NCBI GenBank assembly: GCA_964057225.1
Contig: OZ059898.1
Location: 5,580,001 to 5,644,000 of the forward strand
From: Auanema rhodensis
Lineage: Eukaryota; Animalia; Nematoda
Length of the DNA stretch: 64,000 bases
Direction: 5' to 3'
Shown: piece after piece, positions 37,895 to 52,000 of the stretch
Numbering within the stretch: position 1 is the stretch's first letter
Layout of the letters: each line of letters starts with the position of its first letter
Made by a program: the position numbers and the translations under genes
Notes under the pieces: generated by a model
Told to the model about the DNA's origin: nothing
Database searches by the model: none
The model's input: the letters and a program-made list of their open reading frames with translations, nothing else

Positions 37895-40800
37895 ATGAGC
37901 GATCCCGGGAGGCCAACTTATACTGGTTCAAATCCTTCCGAAGAAGGTAATGGGGGAAAGCTTCCTCCCATTTCATTTTTTGCTTCTTCTTTACCGCCTT
38001 TGAAAACTGATATACCTGATTTATCATATTTCGGAAACACGTCTTCATATGCTTCCCCTAATAAGACATATCCTTCACCGGTTTGTTTTCAACCATATAT
38101 AATCATTTGTTAGTTTTTTTTTAAGCAAATAATGTGCTCTCCAGTAATATCATCTAATGTTTCTACCGGATACACTTCAGGGTTGAATCCAATCACTCCC
38201 AGAACGTTTGGTGGGGTTGAAGGTAATTTTTAAAGTCACATAAAGTAGGTATCTTTTTAATTATAGAGTTCGATTCTAAAACTTCTAAGACTAATATAAA
38301 TAGTTCTCAATCTTGTGCTAGTAACTCAAGCACTGCCCCAAATACTGGTCAAAGTTCACGCTTACCAACAATGAATAAAGAGGCACGCAGGGAGTTTGAA
38401 AGTATTAAATATTTTTTTAACTTATGGTAAAATAAATATTTGCAGGCGTTCCTAATTCTCCTCATTTGTTCTCATCGTCCTGCTTACCATCACCAAAATC
38501 TGTACCAAACGTATATAAAAAATAATACCAATTTTATCAAATTATTTTCAGTTGGGAGATGTTGCTCATGTTCGTTCTCTCGCTGACGATCATGATTATC
38601 AGCGTAGCAATCGTTCTGAAGAATCTCTCTTTAGTAATTATAAGGAACAAAAAGATCAAGAAGTAGCAATTTTTCATATTTTTCCAGAAATATTTCGTAT
38701 TTAAGGCTCTTGTTATACCTTCCTCAAAGTCTCTACTTATCCCTACTCCACAAAATTCAAAAGTGGAAGAGGATTTAACCAAAAAAAATTCGATACAAAC
38801 AGCCAAAGGCCATGGAAGCGTGTCTAATTTGAAGGATATCAATATTAGTCCTAAAGATGTTTGGAGTAAGGTTCCGCAACAAAACGCTATTCCTACGACG
38901 GTAGATAAGTTGATAATGGAACCCAAGCCGAAGGGTCCGCCACGAAAGCCAAAAAATTCTTCAGCAAGTGTACCTGTTTCTACCGCACCTGGTGAGGTTA
39001 AATGCTGTATATACATAATTTTGTAAATTTCTAGGTGATGATTTCCAACCTCACACTCCCATCAAATCTAAAGAGTCTAAGCAAAGCTTATTAGTCGATC
39101 TCCTGACTTCGGGAGAAGAAAGCTCAGCGCTTATAAATGGTGATATATCAATTAATCATTCATTTATTAATCTTTATAACTTCAAGATCCTTATAAAGCC
39201 ACTGTTGCTGATGGTCAAAAAGGTGATACATCAAAAATTCAAGATGCTATTAAAATAGCTGAAAACTCGAGGAAATTATCTTCGCAAAAGGTATACCTCT
39301 TGTGAATTGTTTTTATTTTCTTCTTTAATTTGTAGTCAAGAAATGATTTTCATGCTATCATTGAGCATAAACCGTTACCTCCTGTAGCTTCAACAAAAAA
39401 GCACACTATTTCTCCTGTGGTTCGTACGGTAATCCATATATATATATATATATATATTACTTTTAATGTTCAGACACCTTCGGCAACTGTTCCGAAATCA
39501 CCAGTAGCATTACATATGCCTATGGATAAAACTAATAAAAACATTCCCGTTGCTAACACTAGAAGCAACTTTATTAATCCCAGCAATAGAGTTAACCTTA
39601 ATACCAGGCCTTCAGAGCCTATTCAAGGACCACTACCTCGAGAACAGTTTAATATCACTCCCTTGGTATGAACATTAGTATTATATCATAGTTTTATTGC
39701 CTTTAGGTTCGTACGAGAATTCCTCCAACGAATCCAACTCACAGACCTGAATTATCTCAGAAACAATCAATTACTCCTAGTTCTCATGTTGGAGTTTCCA
39801 AGCATAATAATATAGACAATTCATGTTTCACAATATCGCCAGGAAATTCTCAGAAGCCTAATGACGTATGTTAGTCATATACTTTTTACAAATAATTTAT
39901 TTGATTCCAGCCGTCTTGGAATTTGCAACTGCATTCTAATGTTCAAATAAAGAAAGAAAAGGTTGGTGCAAATTTCTTATTGTTTCTATTTTGATTACAG
40001 GAGCTGGAAGCTGGAGATTTTTACAAATCTAGCATCCACGAACCACCAAAAGAGGAGGTTTTTGAACATAATTTAAAATATTTTATTTTCTTATTTACAG
40101 ATCGATAAAAAAAATAGCTTCAGAAATGAGACTAGTCCTATTATACCTGAACGATTGACTAAATTATTTCCGCAATCGAATGATTTAAATGATGAGGTTA
40201 ATATTAGTACCGTTAATGTATTTCTAAAGTTTTTTCCAGCCTATTAGTCGGAATAAAAAAGATGGTGTACTTTATAAAACAATAATTGACTATTTGGTGA
40301 AGGTATCTTGGCATGATCTCAATTTTTATAATAATGTTTCTTTTACAGGAAAATGAAGAATATAGAAGCGAGGTTGGAAGGTTACAAAATAAATTGAACA
40401 GTTTACAAGGAGAGATTACTTCTCTCATGAAAGAGTTGACGAAAATGATTAACGCATCGGATGATTCCGATACTAGTCAAGAGACTATCATCGATGAGCC
40501 CAAGCACCGAAGGTTTGAAAATATTTTTTTGTTTCTGATTTCTGATTTAAGAAAAACTAGTAGTAGGAGGAAGCGAAAATCGGAGAAATTAGAAAGTGCA
40601 GATATAAGCCGATCTGTATCACCGGATCCAACCTTTTCTAATTCTGAACGTAAATCTAAATCGAGGCGAAGAGCAGGCAACTCGAGGAACAAAAAGCCAT
40701 TTTCACGTCGAAGACCCGGTAAAGTTCAACCTACAACAAAAAAGAAGCAATCCTCTCCAACCATTGACGAAGAGGAAGTTGAAGAAACAAAATCCTCAGT

Positions 40801-41410
40801 AGAGCCTATTTTAAATACTGAAGAAATGTCCTCAACATTAGAATCGAAGGTATATATTAACTTTTTTCTACTCAACTACTGTCTATATTTTCTAGATTAA
40901 GCGTACAAGACAACGAAGGAAAGTCTCAGATGAAGGTGTACTTGGTGTATCAGAGGTATTTTTCGTAATGGTACAGATGTTTATCGAACATGGGCTTATT
41001 TCTAGCCGAAGAGACCCAGAAGACCAGTGCCAAAACAGCCGGAAAGTTTTAATGAAGATGGAATGTCAAGCAATATAAATAAACTTGACGATAGTTCCGT
41101 AACGTCTACTCATGAACTTGAAAAGGATGTATCAATAGATTCTACTGAAGGTATTGTTATCAATTAAAAATTTTCTAATATCGCAATATAGATCAACCAA
41201 AAACAAGAAGATCGAGTCGCCGTTCGGTGCGTAACAGATTCTTGAGTCCTATTGAAGATGCGTTTGCATATGAAAAAGCAGGTCCTTCTAAGGATGCTCC
41301 GAAACTATTGGATCAAGAGACTCGGCTAATTAAAGGTAAGATCATGTATTAGAGCATTAAGGTTAAAGTATTTTTCAGAGAGTTCTGTCTCTTCTGAAAG
41401 CAAGTCATAA
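37895..41410 (+). CDS. Uncharacterised Ser/Pro/Lys-rich, largely disordered protein with a short coiled coil, multi-exon
   Basis: Run of exons flanked by GT-AG introns from MSDPGRPTY to SSESKS*. Coiled coil ENEEYRSEVGRLQNKLNSLQGEITSLMKEL and basic NLS-like clusters. No recognised domain. Confidence 0.75.
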
Positions 41411-42016
41411 GCGAATCCGGAAACCGAGCTGACCATTTTTTTAATGTTACGGGTGCAACTAGTCTTCGCTAGTCTCACACTGTATTTATATTTCTTGTTA
41501 TTAGTTTCAAAGCAGTTTCAAATTTTTATCAACTACTTAGTACCTTGTGAATATTCTCTTACCATTACTCAATAATTCTTATATTGTATACATCATTCCA
41601 GTTTTTGCAGTTCCATATAATTATTTTTATCATTCGGAATGTTTTATTGCTAGGTTCTTCATTCTCGGTTACTGGTTGTATAGTTTGCAACAAGCATACT
41701 ATTATAGGATATTCTGATTCACTAATCATCTACTGTTTTATTTTTAGGCTTTATATGGTGTTAATAGGATCTCTCAAAACTTGTTATGTTTTCGCTTCCG
41801 GTCTGCATTTTGGTCACTTTTTAAAGTTGGTTGCATGTTCTCAAAATTCGCACAATTATCGAACCTTCGCGATTCCATCACAGCTGTCATATTATATGTA
41901 TAATGGATTCAAAATTCATTCCAAATTTATTGATTTAATTTGCTTATATGGTATATATGATCCATATTAATTCCTTGTCAGTTTTGTATGTTCTTTTTTT
42001 AAATGTAAAATCTAGG

Positions 42017-43123
42017 ATGTCTTCTCCTTCTGTCAAAATTCCTGAAATGTTTCTGCGTGCCATGAAAAGACGTAATGATAATACTACATCTTGTGCTACC
42101 TCGAATAAGAAAGATAGTGATGAAACTAGTGCTAAGGTTTTTCGTTAAAAATAATCAATAGTTCAACGATTACTTTCAGATGTCCAAACCCAATCCTGAA
42201 TCTGCCGAAACTAAAGAAAATTTATACAAATCCGCTCTTCCTGTCATTAATAACAGCGGTGCTTTTAGTTTGAGACGCTTACTTACTGAACATAGTTGGC
42301 TTGAAAAGTTGGGTACTGAATTTGACAAAAAATATATGAAAGATATTGAAACTTTTCTTCAAAAACAATACGAGAAGGTTGTGTGCTGCAAATTGAATTG
42401 AGCATAGAAAATGTTCATATTTTTAGAATGTCAAAATTTTTCCTCCAAAAGAAGAAATTTTTTCGGTGTTTAACATAGTTCCTTTGAAATCGGTTCGTGT
42501 TGTAGTTATTGGCCAAGATCCTTACCATAATGATGGTCAGGCTCATGGCCTTTCATTTTCTGTCAAGAAAGGTGTAGCTTGTCCTCCATCTTTAAAAAAT
42601 ATTTATAAGGTTTTCTATACTTAGCTGCTAATGTAGTTGTATGTTTATAGGAATTAGCGAATGATATTCCCGGATTCACTGCTCCAAACCATGGCTTTCT
42701 TGTAGGTTGGGCTAAACAGGGGGTCTTTATGCTCAATGCTTCATTAACCGTTGAGTTCGTTTGACACCCTCCATGGAAGTTTGGAAATAATTGTTCAGAG
42801 CTCACAAAGCAAATTCCCATGCTAATATTGGTTGGCAGAAGTTCACGGATCACGTCATCAAGACTATTTCTAATGAGACTAGTGGAGTGGTTTTTCTTCT
42901 CTGGGGTGCATTTGCACAGAAGAAAGATATTCTTGTCGATTCTAAGAAACATGCGGTTGTTAAGGTTAGAAATTAAATCAATCTGATGATTTGTTTTTAC
43001 TTTCAGACTGCTCATCCTTCACCTTTATCTGCTACTAAATGGTGGGGTTGTAAATGCTTCTCTAAAACGAATACTCATTTGGAAAGTTTTAATAAAAAAC
43101 CAATCGATTGGAATGATCTATAG
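42017..43123 (+). CDS. ung-1: Uracil-DNA glycosylase (family 1), multi-exon
   Basis: Catalytic motifs [40 protein letters not shown] and TAHPSPLS; ends PIDWNDL*. Confidence 0.96.
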
Positions 43124-43316
43124 ATATATTTACTTTTTTTTTCTTTTGAAAGGTCTCATATTGTCATATTACTCAGGTCTTATGCACCATATCATGTACT
43201 GTATATGCATATCTCGAATAAGAAGAATCTGTATCTTAGTTTTTGGTTGAAAATGGTTCTGACCACTTTCTATTTTTGTCATTAAATTGCCAATAGTTGA
43301 CATAAATTTAGTACCA

Positions 43317-44833
43317 ATGATTACCAGGCCGGGAGGGAACCAAATGCTACAATCAAACCAAAGAATGCTCGGAGTTCCCTCGTCAAATGCTAGACGACCG
43401 TTTGCTTGTGCGGAATGTAATAAGAATTTCAAAACCAGAGTAAATTCGATTTTTTTGTATCAATTTTACTTATAAGGCAATGAGGTTTAGACAGATCTTA
43501 TATGGCATGCCGAAGCTTGTTTGATTGAAGCTTTTGAAAATGAAGCTTTATCTGTGTTATCTGATGTTTCTGTAGTTCGACCTAGGATAGGTCTTGGTGG
43601 TTTAAAAACAGCAACACCTGTAGGAATTACTGTAAAAGTGAGCAAAATCTTAAATCTTTTTTTGTGATCCTTGTATTTCTTTTAAAGTCATTTGATGCTC
43701 ATCCTCGACAGCAATGGATCAAAATGAAGGTTGGATCCAGCACTGATCGTCCTGATCTCGTTCCGGCATCGAAAGACGATGAAAATGATTATGAAAGGTT
43801 CAGAACATACCCTGATTTGATGTTTATTCATTGTTTTGTTTAGATCAATGACTTACTCTGAGCCACAAACTATAGAAGGTCCTGGTGGTATTCAGCTCAT
43901 GGTAACTGTGGAAAAAGAAAAGGTTAAAAGAAATGGGTTGAAACCTACCTTTGTTTATGATATAGGATACTGATGGCCCACCAGTATTAGATCCTGAAAT
44001 AGCAGAAATATCAATGGATCAAGCGGAGACTGAGGAAGAAACTAACGTGGATGAATTGGAAGGTAAGTTAAGAGTATTAATCATACCTTATTATATTGGT
44101 TTAGAATATACTCCGATGCCTTCTTCCTTTTCGGGAATGCATTCCAATCCAACTCAGGTTATAGGAGCATTGGCGAATGCTAATGACGATCCATATAAAC
44201 CAAAAATGGAATGCCCAACATGTGGTTTAGTATGTATATTTTAAATTACTGTTCTGAATAGTATCTTTAGATTCTGTATAGGCATAACTTTGCTACACAC
44301 TATAGAATACACACAGGAGAATTGCCGTTTGCTTGTGCCTATTGTCCTAAGCGTTTTAGGTTTTATACTTGTTTTTAATACCTTAATTCTAGTTTAATAA
44401 CAGGACAACTTCTTCACTAAAAGTGCACACACGAGCTCATACGGGAGAGAAACCTTATAATTGTCCAACTTGTTCTTATGCTACAATAACAAAACGGAAT
44501 CTCGATCGTCATGTATATCATCATCATGTTAAAACTCCAATTATTAAAGGACCTGTAACAAGGAGGAGCCGGTATATAGTTTACCCTAAATCCTTATTTT
44601 ATTTTTTGATAGGTATCGAGAATCGGAAGATGTTGAATGGATAGATATGAGTACATCAAGCTATACGAAAGATGATCATCAATATCAAGAGGACCAGTTA
44701 ATAGAAGAAGTTTTTGTTTCAATTAATTTTCCCACAAACTTAAATTATTCAGATTAAAAACCGAATTATTGAAAGAGGTACCGAAAAAGAAAAGATGATG
44801 AAGGAAAGTGGACTTAGTAGCAAGCATCGTTAA
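43317..44833 (+). CDS. C2H2 zinc-finger protein, multi-exon
   Basis: N-terminal C2HC finger CAECNKNFKTRTDLIWHAEAC. Three tandem fingers CPTC..HYRIH-TGELPF-CAYC..HTRAH-TGEKPY-CPTC..HVYHHH. Confidence 0.88.
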
Positions 44834-45027
44834 TACTGGATCTGATGTGTGTACAAAATCTAATTTTACTCTTTGTTCCAAAAACTCAATTTATTTTACC
44901 TGATGATATTTGTATATATGTTGTGAAATAATATTATTTAAAACGATAAAAACAGTTTTCCTGTGTTTATTACACAGCATATTGGTTAAAAGGTTTAAAA
45001 TTTATATAATATTTCGTTTGATAGATT

Positions 45028-48000
45028 ATGAAAAGAATATTATTTGTGGCCGAGAAGAATGATGTAGCTAAAGGGGTTGCCGCCATTCTCTCGAGGGGTG
45101 AAGCTATTATTTAAAAATGCTTTTAATTTTTTGTAAGTAGGTCAAATGACAAGAAGAGAGGGCCGTTCAAAATTCAATAAGATTTACGAGCTTCATGCAA
45201 ATATATTGGGTCAAGTTTGTAGGGCTTTTGGTTTTTTTGATGAATTTGTCTAACTCAGCAAGCCCGATTATCGATAACCAGTGTGTCAGGACATTTAATG
45301 GAGTGGCAATTTGGACCAGAAATGAAAGATTGGCAGGTTTTTTCATCGGTAAAAATTTTAAAATATCTGAAGCTGAGCGTTTTAGAATGTTCCTATCGGC
45401 ACGCTATTCGAAGCCCCGATACATCACCTTGTAAATGAAAATATGAAAGCTATTGCTCAAACTTTACAGTAAGAGTAGACTAGAAGCATTTTCTGTTATA
45501 TTATGCTTACAGAGAAGAAGCTCGAAAATGTGATGTCTTAGTTATATGGACAGATTGTGATCGTGAAGGTGAGAACATCGGAGCCGAAATTGTGAAAACA
45601 TGCATGTCGACAAATAAGCATCTCGATATTTTTCGGGCGAAGTATATATATGTACAGGCTTTGCTAACCTAATATGTTTAGATTTTCTGAAATCACCCCT
45701 CAAGCAATTGAAAATGCTACAAGAAATTTAGCTAGATTAGATAAAAAAATTGCTGATGCAGTTGATTGCAGACAGGAATTAGATCTTCGAATTGGTAAAG
45801 GTTTCAACTCAATTTTTTAAGTGTTGAAATTCATTTAGGAGCTGCTTTTACAAGACTTCAAACTTTACATTTAAGGCAAAAATTTGCTCACATACTAGGA
45901 GAGAGTTCGTTTACATGTTCCTTCAAATTATTTTCATTTAATTTGCAGACAAACAAGTGATCAGTTATGGAAGTTGTCAATTCCCAACATTAGGATTTGT
46001 AGTGGAACGGTATAAAGCTATTCAAGATTTTATTACAGAAGCATTTTGGAAATTATCTGTTGAACATACGAGAGGTGGTCTTAAGGTAAGAAGGCTTTAA
46101 AGCAATTATAAAACCTTTTTTTGTAGGCTGATTTTCACTGGAACAGGAATCGTCTCTTTGATCGTGATGTTATAAATGTTTGTTCTAATTTCTAAAAGAT
46201 AGTACAAGATATGTTTTTAGGTTATATATGATGAGTGTCGTGAGGTTTCAACAGCCAAAATTGAAAAAATTGAAAAAAAGCCTAAATCTAGATATAGACC
46301 ATATGTAGAGTTTTCTTTAATATTTTTAAAATGAAATAGTTCTAGGCTCTTGATACAGTAGAAATGGAAAAGTTGGCCGTACGAAAGTTAAAGATGAGTG
46401 CTAAGACTGCGATGGGTATTGCCGAGAAACTTTATAGTAAAGGATGGATATCATATCCCAGGTTCCCTTTTTTCTATCTCACGGAACTCATTCTAATTAT
46501 AGAACTGAAACCAACAAGTTCCCTCCAGATATTAATCTACAATCATTGGTTCAGATGCAGGTACCTTCCAGTGACTGGGGGGCTTTTGCTTCAGAAGTAT
46601 GTTAATATACCATTCTTTCAAGAAATTTCAATTTTTACAGATTCTGGATAATGTGCCTTCACCACGTAATGGAAATAAAAGTGACGAAGCTCACCCTCCT
46701 ATTCACCCTTTAAAATTTGCTACGAGGTTTAACTTTATGTTCATTGACAGTTTGTTGAAACAGCTTAGTCTAGAAGTCAACTAGAAGGAAACGATTGGAG
46801 ATTATATGAACTAGTTGTCAGACATTTTTTAGCTTGTGTGTCTTGGGATGCAAAAGGATTTGAGACTAAATGCGAGGTAAGCTAATGTCATGTGCCATAT
46901 ATAAAATTTTTTTTTAGCTCAAGGTGGGCTCAGAATATTTTACTGCTACTGGTCTTCAAGTTCATGATTTAGGTTGGAAGTCAATTGGTTTTAATTTATC
47001 TCTTATTTTAAGGTTATATGAGAGTATATGTTTACGACAAATGGAGTGATAAAACCATACCTAATTACGTCGAAGGTGAGCAAATCACTGATTATTTACT
47101 TAAAATATTGGACGGGACAACTGAACCCCCACAACTTCTTAATGAAGGTATGGTTTTTTTATAAATATTATGTATGAACGAGAAATGCCCTAGCTGACTT
47201 GATTGCTCTGATGGACAAATTCGGCATAGGAACTGATGCAACACATGCTGAACATATTGAGAAAATAAAAGTTTATCAAGATTATTCTTTAATTTCAATA
47301 TTTTGTTTTCTTAGGAACGACAATATGTGGGAGTTCGCGATGATGGCCGATTCATTCCAGGTTTTCTAGGTTTAGCTCTTGTTGATGGATACGATGAAAT
47401 GGGTATTTTTTTATTTTGGCATGAATAGATTATTTAAAATAATGTTACAGGCTATGCTATGAGTAAACCTCAATTACGTGCTGACTTAGAAAGACAATTA
47501 CTGGTTATTAATAAGTTGAATAGGAAAAGCATAATCTTTGAAATTAAGGAAATTTGTGCTGGACGAAAATCCCGCCATGAAGTCATTACTGAGCAGAAAA
47601 GTAAATATAAAAGAATTTTTGAACACGCTGAAGCTCATGTTACTCTTCTCTCGTCCGCTTTATCTAAGTTGTACTTTTAGATTTTACTGGTTTTCATTAA
47701 GTACCATTTAGATACCTAAATAATAATCCTAATGCTGCTACTGCTATTGCCACTTCGGGTTCAAGTAGAGGAAGACCTACTGAAAGAGGGCGAGGTCGAG
47801 GAAGAGGTGGAACTAGAGCTCCAGAAGTCGCTCAGGTTTTTCAGAGCGTTATAATACAGTTCTACTTGCATTTTAGATTCCTAATCACAATCTCCCTCCC
47901 GCGAGGCCTAGAGGTCGGCCAAAGACAAGAGGTGCAACTACAGTACCGGCAACCGTTGGAAATGGCATGGGGAGAGGAAGAGGTATTTGTGGTTTTTAAT

Positions 48001-48206
48001 TTGATTATGGAATTAGCTGTTTAGCTGTCGTTCCTGGACAACAACCCTTGGCTTTGACAGGAGGAGCTAAGACTTGTACTTGTGGCTTGGAAGCAGTCCA
48101 AAAAACTGTAAATAAAGAAGGTTCCAACAAAGGAAGACAGTTTTGGTCTTGCCCTAAGCCTTTCGGACAGGCAGATAAATGTAATTTCTTTGAATGGGCT
48201 AATTGA
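45028..48206 (+). CDS. top-3: DNA topoisomerase III alpha, multi-exon
   Basis: TOPRIM motifs VAEKNDVAK and WTDCDREGENIG, then SYGSCQFPTLGFVV, catalytic ISYPRTET and GIGTDAT. RG-rich linker and C-terminal zf-GRF CTCG...NKGRQFWSC...CNFFEW. Confidence 0.96.
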
Positions 48207-49096
48207 AAAGACCTTAAATAGTTTTATGAATTTCATGATATCTTGTGAATGTTGATCTCGTATCTCATTAACCTGAACGGGCTAATAATTCTAATAAAAA
48301 TACGTTTCGATAATTGTTGATTTTGTTCTGCATAAATGAATAATCAGATTTCAAAAAAGTTCTTTCATCGAAAATCTAGATCTGGGCGTGGTCCTTTTAT
48401 ATTTGTCTAGAGAGATACCAGTCCAATCAAATTGAACAAGAAAAGTGAGGGTAGAATTTCTTCAATACTAACTGTTTGTTCTTTTGATTATGCATCAGAA
48501 GTCCCTTTCTTTTCTTTAGGCCTTATTATTACGATGCTCATTTCTTTTTGGATAATTTAACTTTAATTATGAAAATATTTACTTCCAACTGTCATTTTTG
48601 ATTCGCAAGAATCACATCATCATGAGTTACATATTTGATTTAAAAAAAAACATCCTTATCATGCCGTTATACGGGAACGGTTTTTTGTGAAAATAATAAT
48701 ATTGTTCGTACTTAAATGAGAGTATGTGGTGAAACTAAGAATGCTTCACTTATCATATTGTACAATAGAAACTTTATCTTTAATACCTGCCTATATTTGT
48801 ATAGTGAGAACTACATATTCAATCGATAATGACTGGCCTTGTGGTATTATTCAACCTTGGTCATACTCAATGTGATCTTTTATTGTCATACCTCTTTTCT
48901 ACTTTTACTTGTTAAATGCTATTCTAAATTGTGGTATTATAAGTTGGTAATAGTATCTTTTGAATTTTATTTTTTCTTTCTTTATTTCAAAATTTTGAGT
49001 TCTGTAGTTTCGATTTATTTTAATGTTCAAAATACATGTGTATATTACTATTTTTTAATGATTTTAACGTTTTCATGATTTTCAGTTGAGTGAAAT

Positions 49097-52000
49097 ATGT
49101 CAGAGAATAAGGAAACTTTAATGCCTTCAGCGCCTAAAGATAACAGCATAGTTATAAATAAATTACCAATAGAAGCTTTATCAAAATATTTGCAGGTTAG
49201 CAGAAAAAAATATGTGAAAGAAAGTTTGGATTTAATAAAGGAGAAAAAAGATAGACTTCGTCAAACTATGAAAGCTATCTCAGAAAGCGAACAGGTTTCA
49301 GAATTTAAATTATACTTCTTTTATTTTTATTTACAGCCGGACCTAGAGGTAATGGGTAAACTTCTTCAAGCTTATGACACAATGACTGAGCAAGAAAATC
49401 AGTATCTAGAAGTTTTAAAAAGTATCGTGGTAAGAAGGAAAAAACGGTTATATTTAAAAACATTTCTGAAATAGATAATTCATGAACATGCTGTTGAAGA
49501 TGTTGCGCAAGATCTGGCTGCAGCAAAAGCTGAGCTAGCTGCTCAGCCTAATATAAAGCCTCCTGTAGCAAGTGAAAACCCCGCTAATGAACCAGGTTGA
49601 ATATCTATATAATACTTGATTTAATCAAATTGATATTACAGCTTCTGAAGAAGATATGAAAGAACTTCTTGATACTTTAAAAGAGATTCATGACGTTTCT
49701 AAGCAGGCTGCTTTGGCTGCTCAAATCAATGAACAATTACAGGATAAGTTGAATCTTCATAAAAACAAGGTCAGGATTCTTTTTTCTTCTCCCGCTCGGT
49801 CCCTTGAATGCTAGCAGAAAATTTATTATCTATATCCATCTTTCCGTTTTCTTTCGACTTCATTATATACTCATTCTGCGCAGCTGTTGAAACCTTATGG
49901 ATTCTTGTCTGGTCATCGTATCCTTACAAGCTATTCATGAATATATTGCGTGCAGACTTGGTTTTGTTGTCTTTTCTATTCATCTAGTTAGTTTATTTAT
50001 AATTTTGAGTGGTATAAACTCATCTAACCGATTGAAGAAACACCAATTAGGTAGCTTAATCATATAACTTATGGATATATTAACATATTTATGATATGGC
50101 CGATTAAGATTTTTAAATATAATATAACTGGTTTATATATATCGCCGTACGATCGAATTGAATTTTTTTTCTTAAAAAATAATGATGAACGTGGGGCTGA
50201 AAAGGGGCTGAAACCGTTCTTCAAGGAGATGCATCTAAAATCTCAATGAATAAAAGATTGTATAGACCCATCTGGATATAAGATGATTGGAAATAATCAT
50301 CATATGGTCAAATCCATTTAGAGAATATAACTAATAAATTGAAAAAAACTACGCTGCTCTTTAACAGAAATAAAAAGTAGCTCTCTCAGTTATGACAATA
50401 AAGTTATTTTGAATTATGTCCTGCTGCTTGTCAATTAGTTAATCAACCATATTTTCCTGAAAAAAACTCAAAATCCTTTTTTTGAAAACAGACTTATTTC
50501 AGAAAGCTGCTCTTCAAGAAATTCGCAAAGAGAAAGCTGAGGCGTTACAAAAAAAAGCAAACGAAACACTGACAGCGGTTGAAATGACCAAAATAAAGTG
50601 TAAGCTAACTTTCTCAATAAAATTGATGAAAACTAATATTATTTAAGTGGACAATGAAAAGCAAGCTAAAAAACAAAAAGAAAAGGAATTGGAACGTCTT
50701 CGTAAAACAGCCCTTCAAAAGGGAATTGAATTGGGAGTAGTTGAGGAAAATATGGTAAAATATAATAGAAAACTTCATTTTCAACTATAATGGTTGCTCA
50801 GAAAGACGCAGCCATTAAAGCTATATCTGATTTAACTTCTGATGCTCAACGGATTCCTCCCACTATGGGAGAAACTGAAGAAGAACGAGAAGAGAAGGTA
50901 GTTTTTTATTTATTTTTATTGAATAGAATTTTTGACAAATGATGTGTTGTGAGAGGATTTTCAATTTTACAGATTTATGAGTTTGTTGTGAATGGTTTAC
51001 TTGAGCAACAGATGGCTTATATAAATGAGAATTTTCCATCAGAACCTCAACTTGAAATGTTTAATCACTGTAGATATTGTTAGAAAACTAGAAAACATGC
51101 ACAAACAAGCTATTACATCGATATATCCACATAATTTACATTAACATATAAAATCAAATAAATACTTTTTTTTTCTAATTTTTTGCAAATTTTCAGCCTT
51201 CATTAACAAAAGAAGAACAAATGGAAGAACGCCGAAAGGAGATTCGAGAAAATATTAAAAAAGAACGCGAACGGTACGTTAATTTTTCATCCTCTAGAAT
51301 GCTTCAATGTTTTTTGTCTGAAATATTTTAAAGCATTTCGAAAATATTTTATTATGATATTAAATATCTATGTGTCCCTCAATACATATATGAGAACAAA
51401 GAAAAATCTAAATATAATACAAATTGTACTGAGTTGTGCTTTGCGGTCAGCTGTTCTCCGTAGTCAGACAAGTAAGAAGTGAGGATTAACAACATGGCTA
51501 TGATCTGCTGACCTGCTTTAAACTATAGTTTAAGACTTTGGCACAATACGTCAAATAAGTTAAAGAAGGCAAATTTTGATATATTTGGATAGATATTCTT
51601 AACAATATCTGTACATCTCCATATATCACACAAATCTTTTTGTGAGCAATATATCATATTTTAATGGTTTAATTTTTATAATAAGCTTTTCAATATAATA
51701 TATCGTATTACCTTAATGAAATCGTAACCAATTTCAATATGCAGTTAGAACGAAAACGGATACTTTAGTAAAATCTTCTTCCCGAATTTTCTTTTCATCT
51801 TCAGCTTCAAAGAAATTATTTCGTCCTAACCTGTTCTAATGACCAACTGTTCAGGGTCCGAGTTTTGCACCTTATCGATGTATCAATTTACCTTCTTATG
51901 GATAAACATAAGAGAAACAATAATGATTAATAATCTGCGAAATTGAGAGTAGAAGTTAAAGTAACCTTTGAAACCCTTAATTTTAGAATATCGTACTTGG

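Noticed and set aside
50181-50215. ATGATGA plus CTGA and a GGGGCTGAAA direct repeat as a C/D snoRNA
   Set aside because: The boxes are too close together, with no terminal D box or closing stem at snoRNA length.
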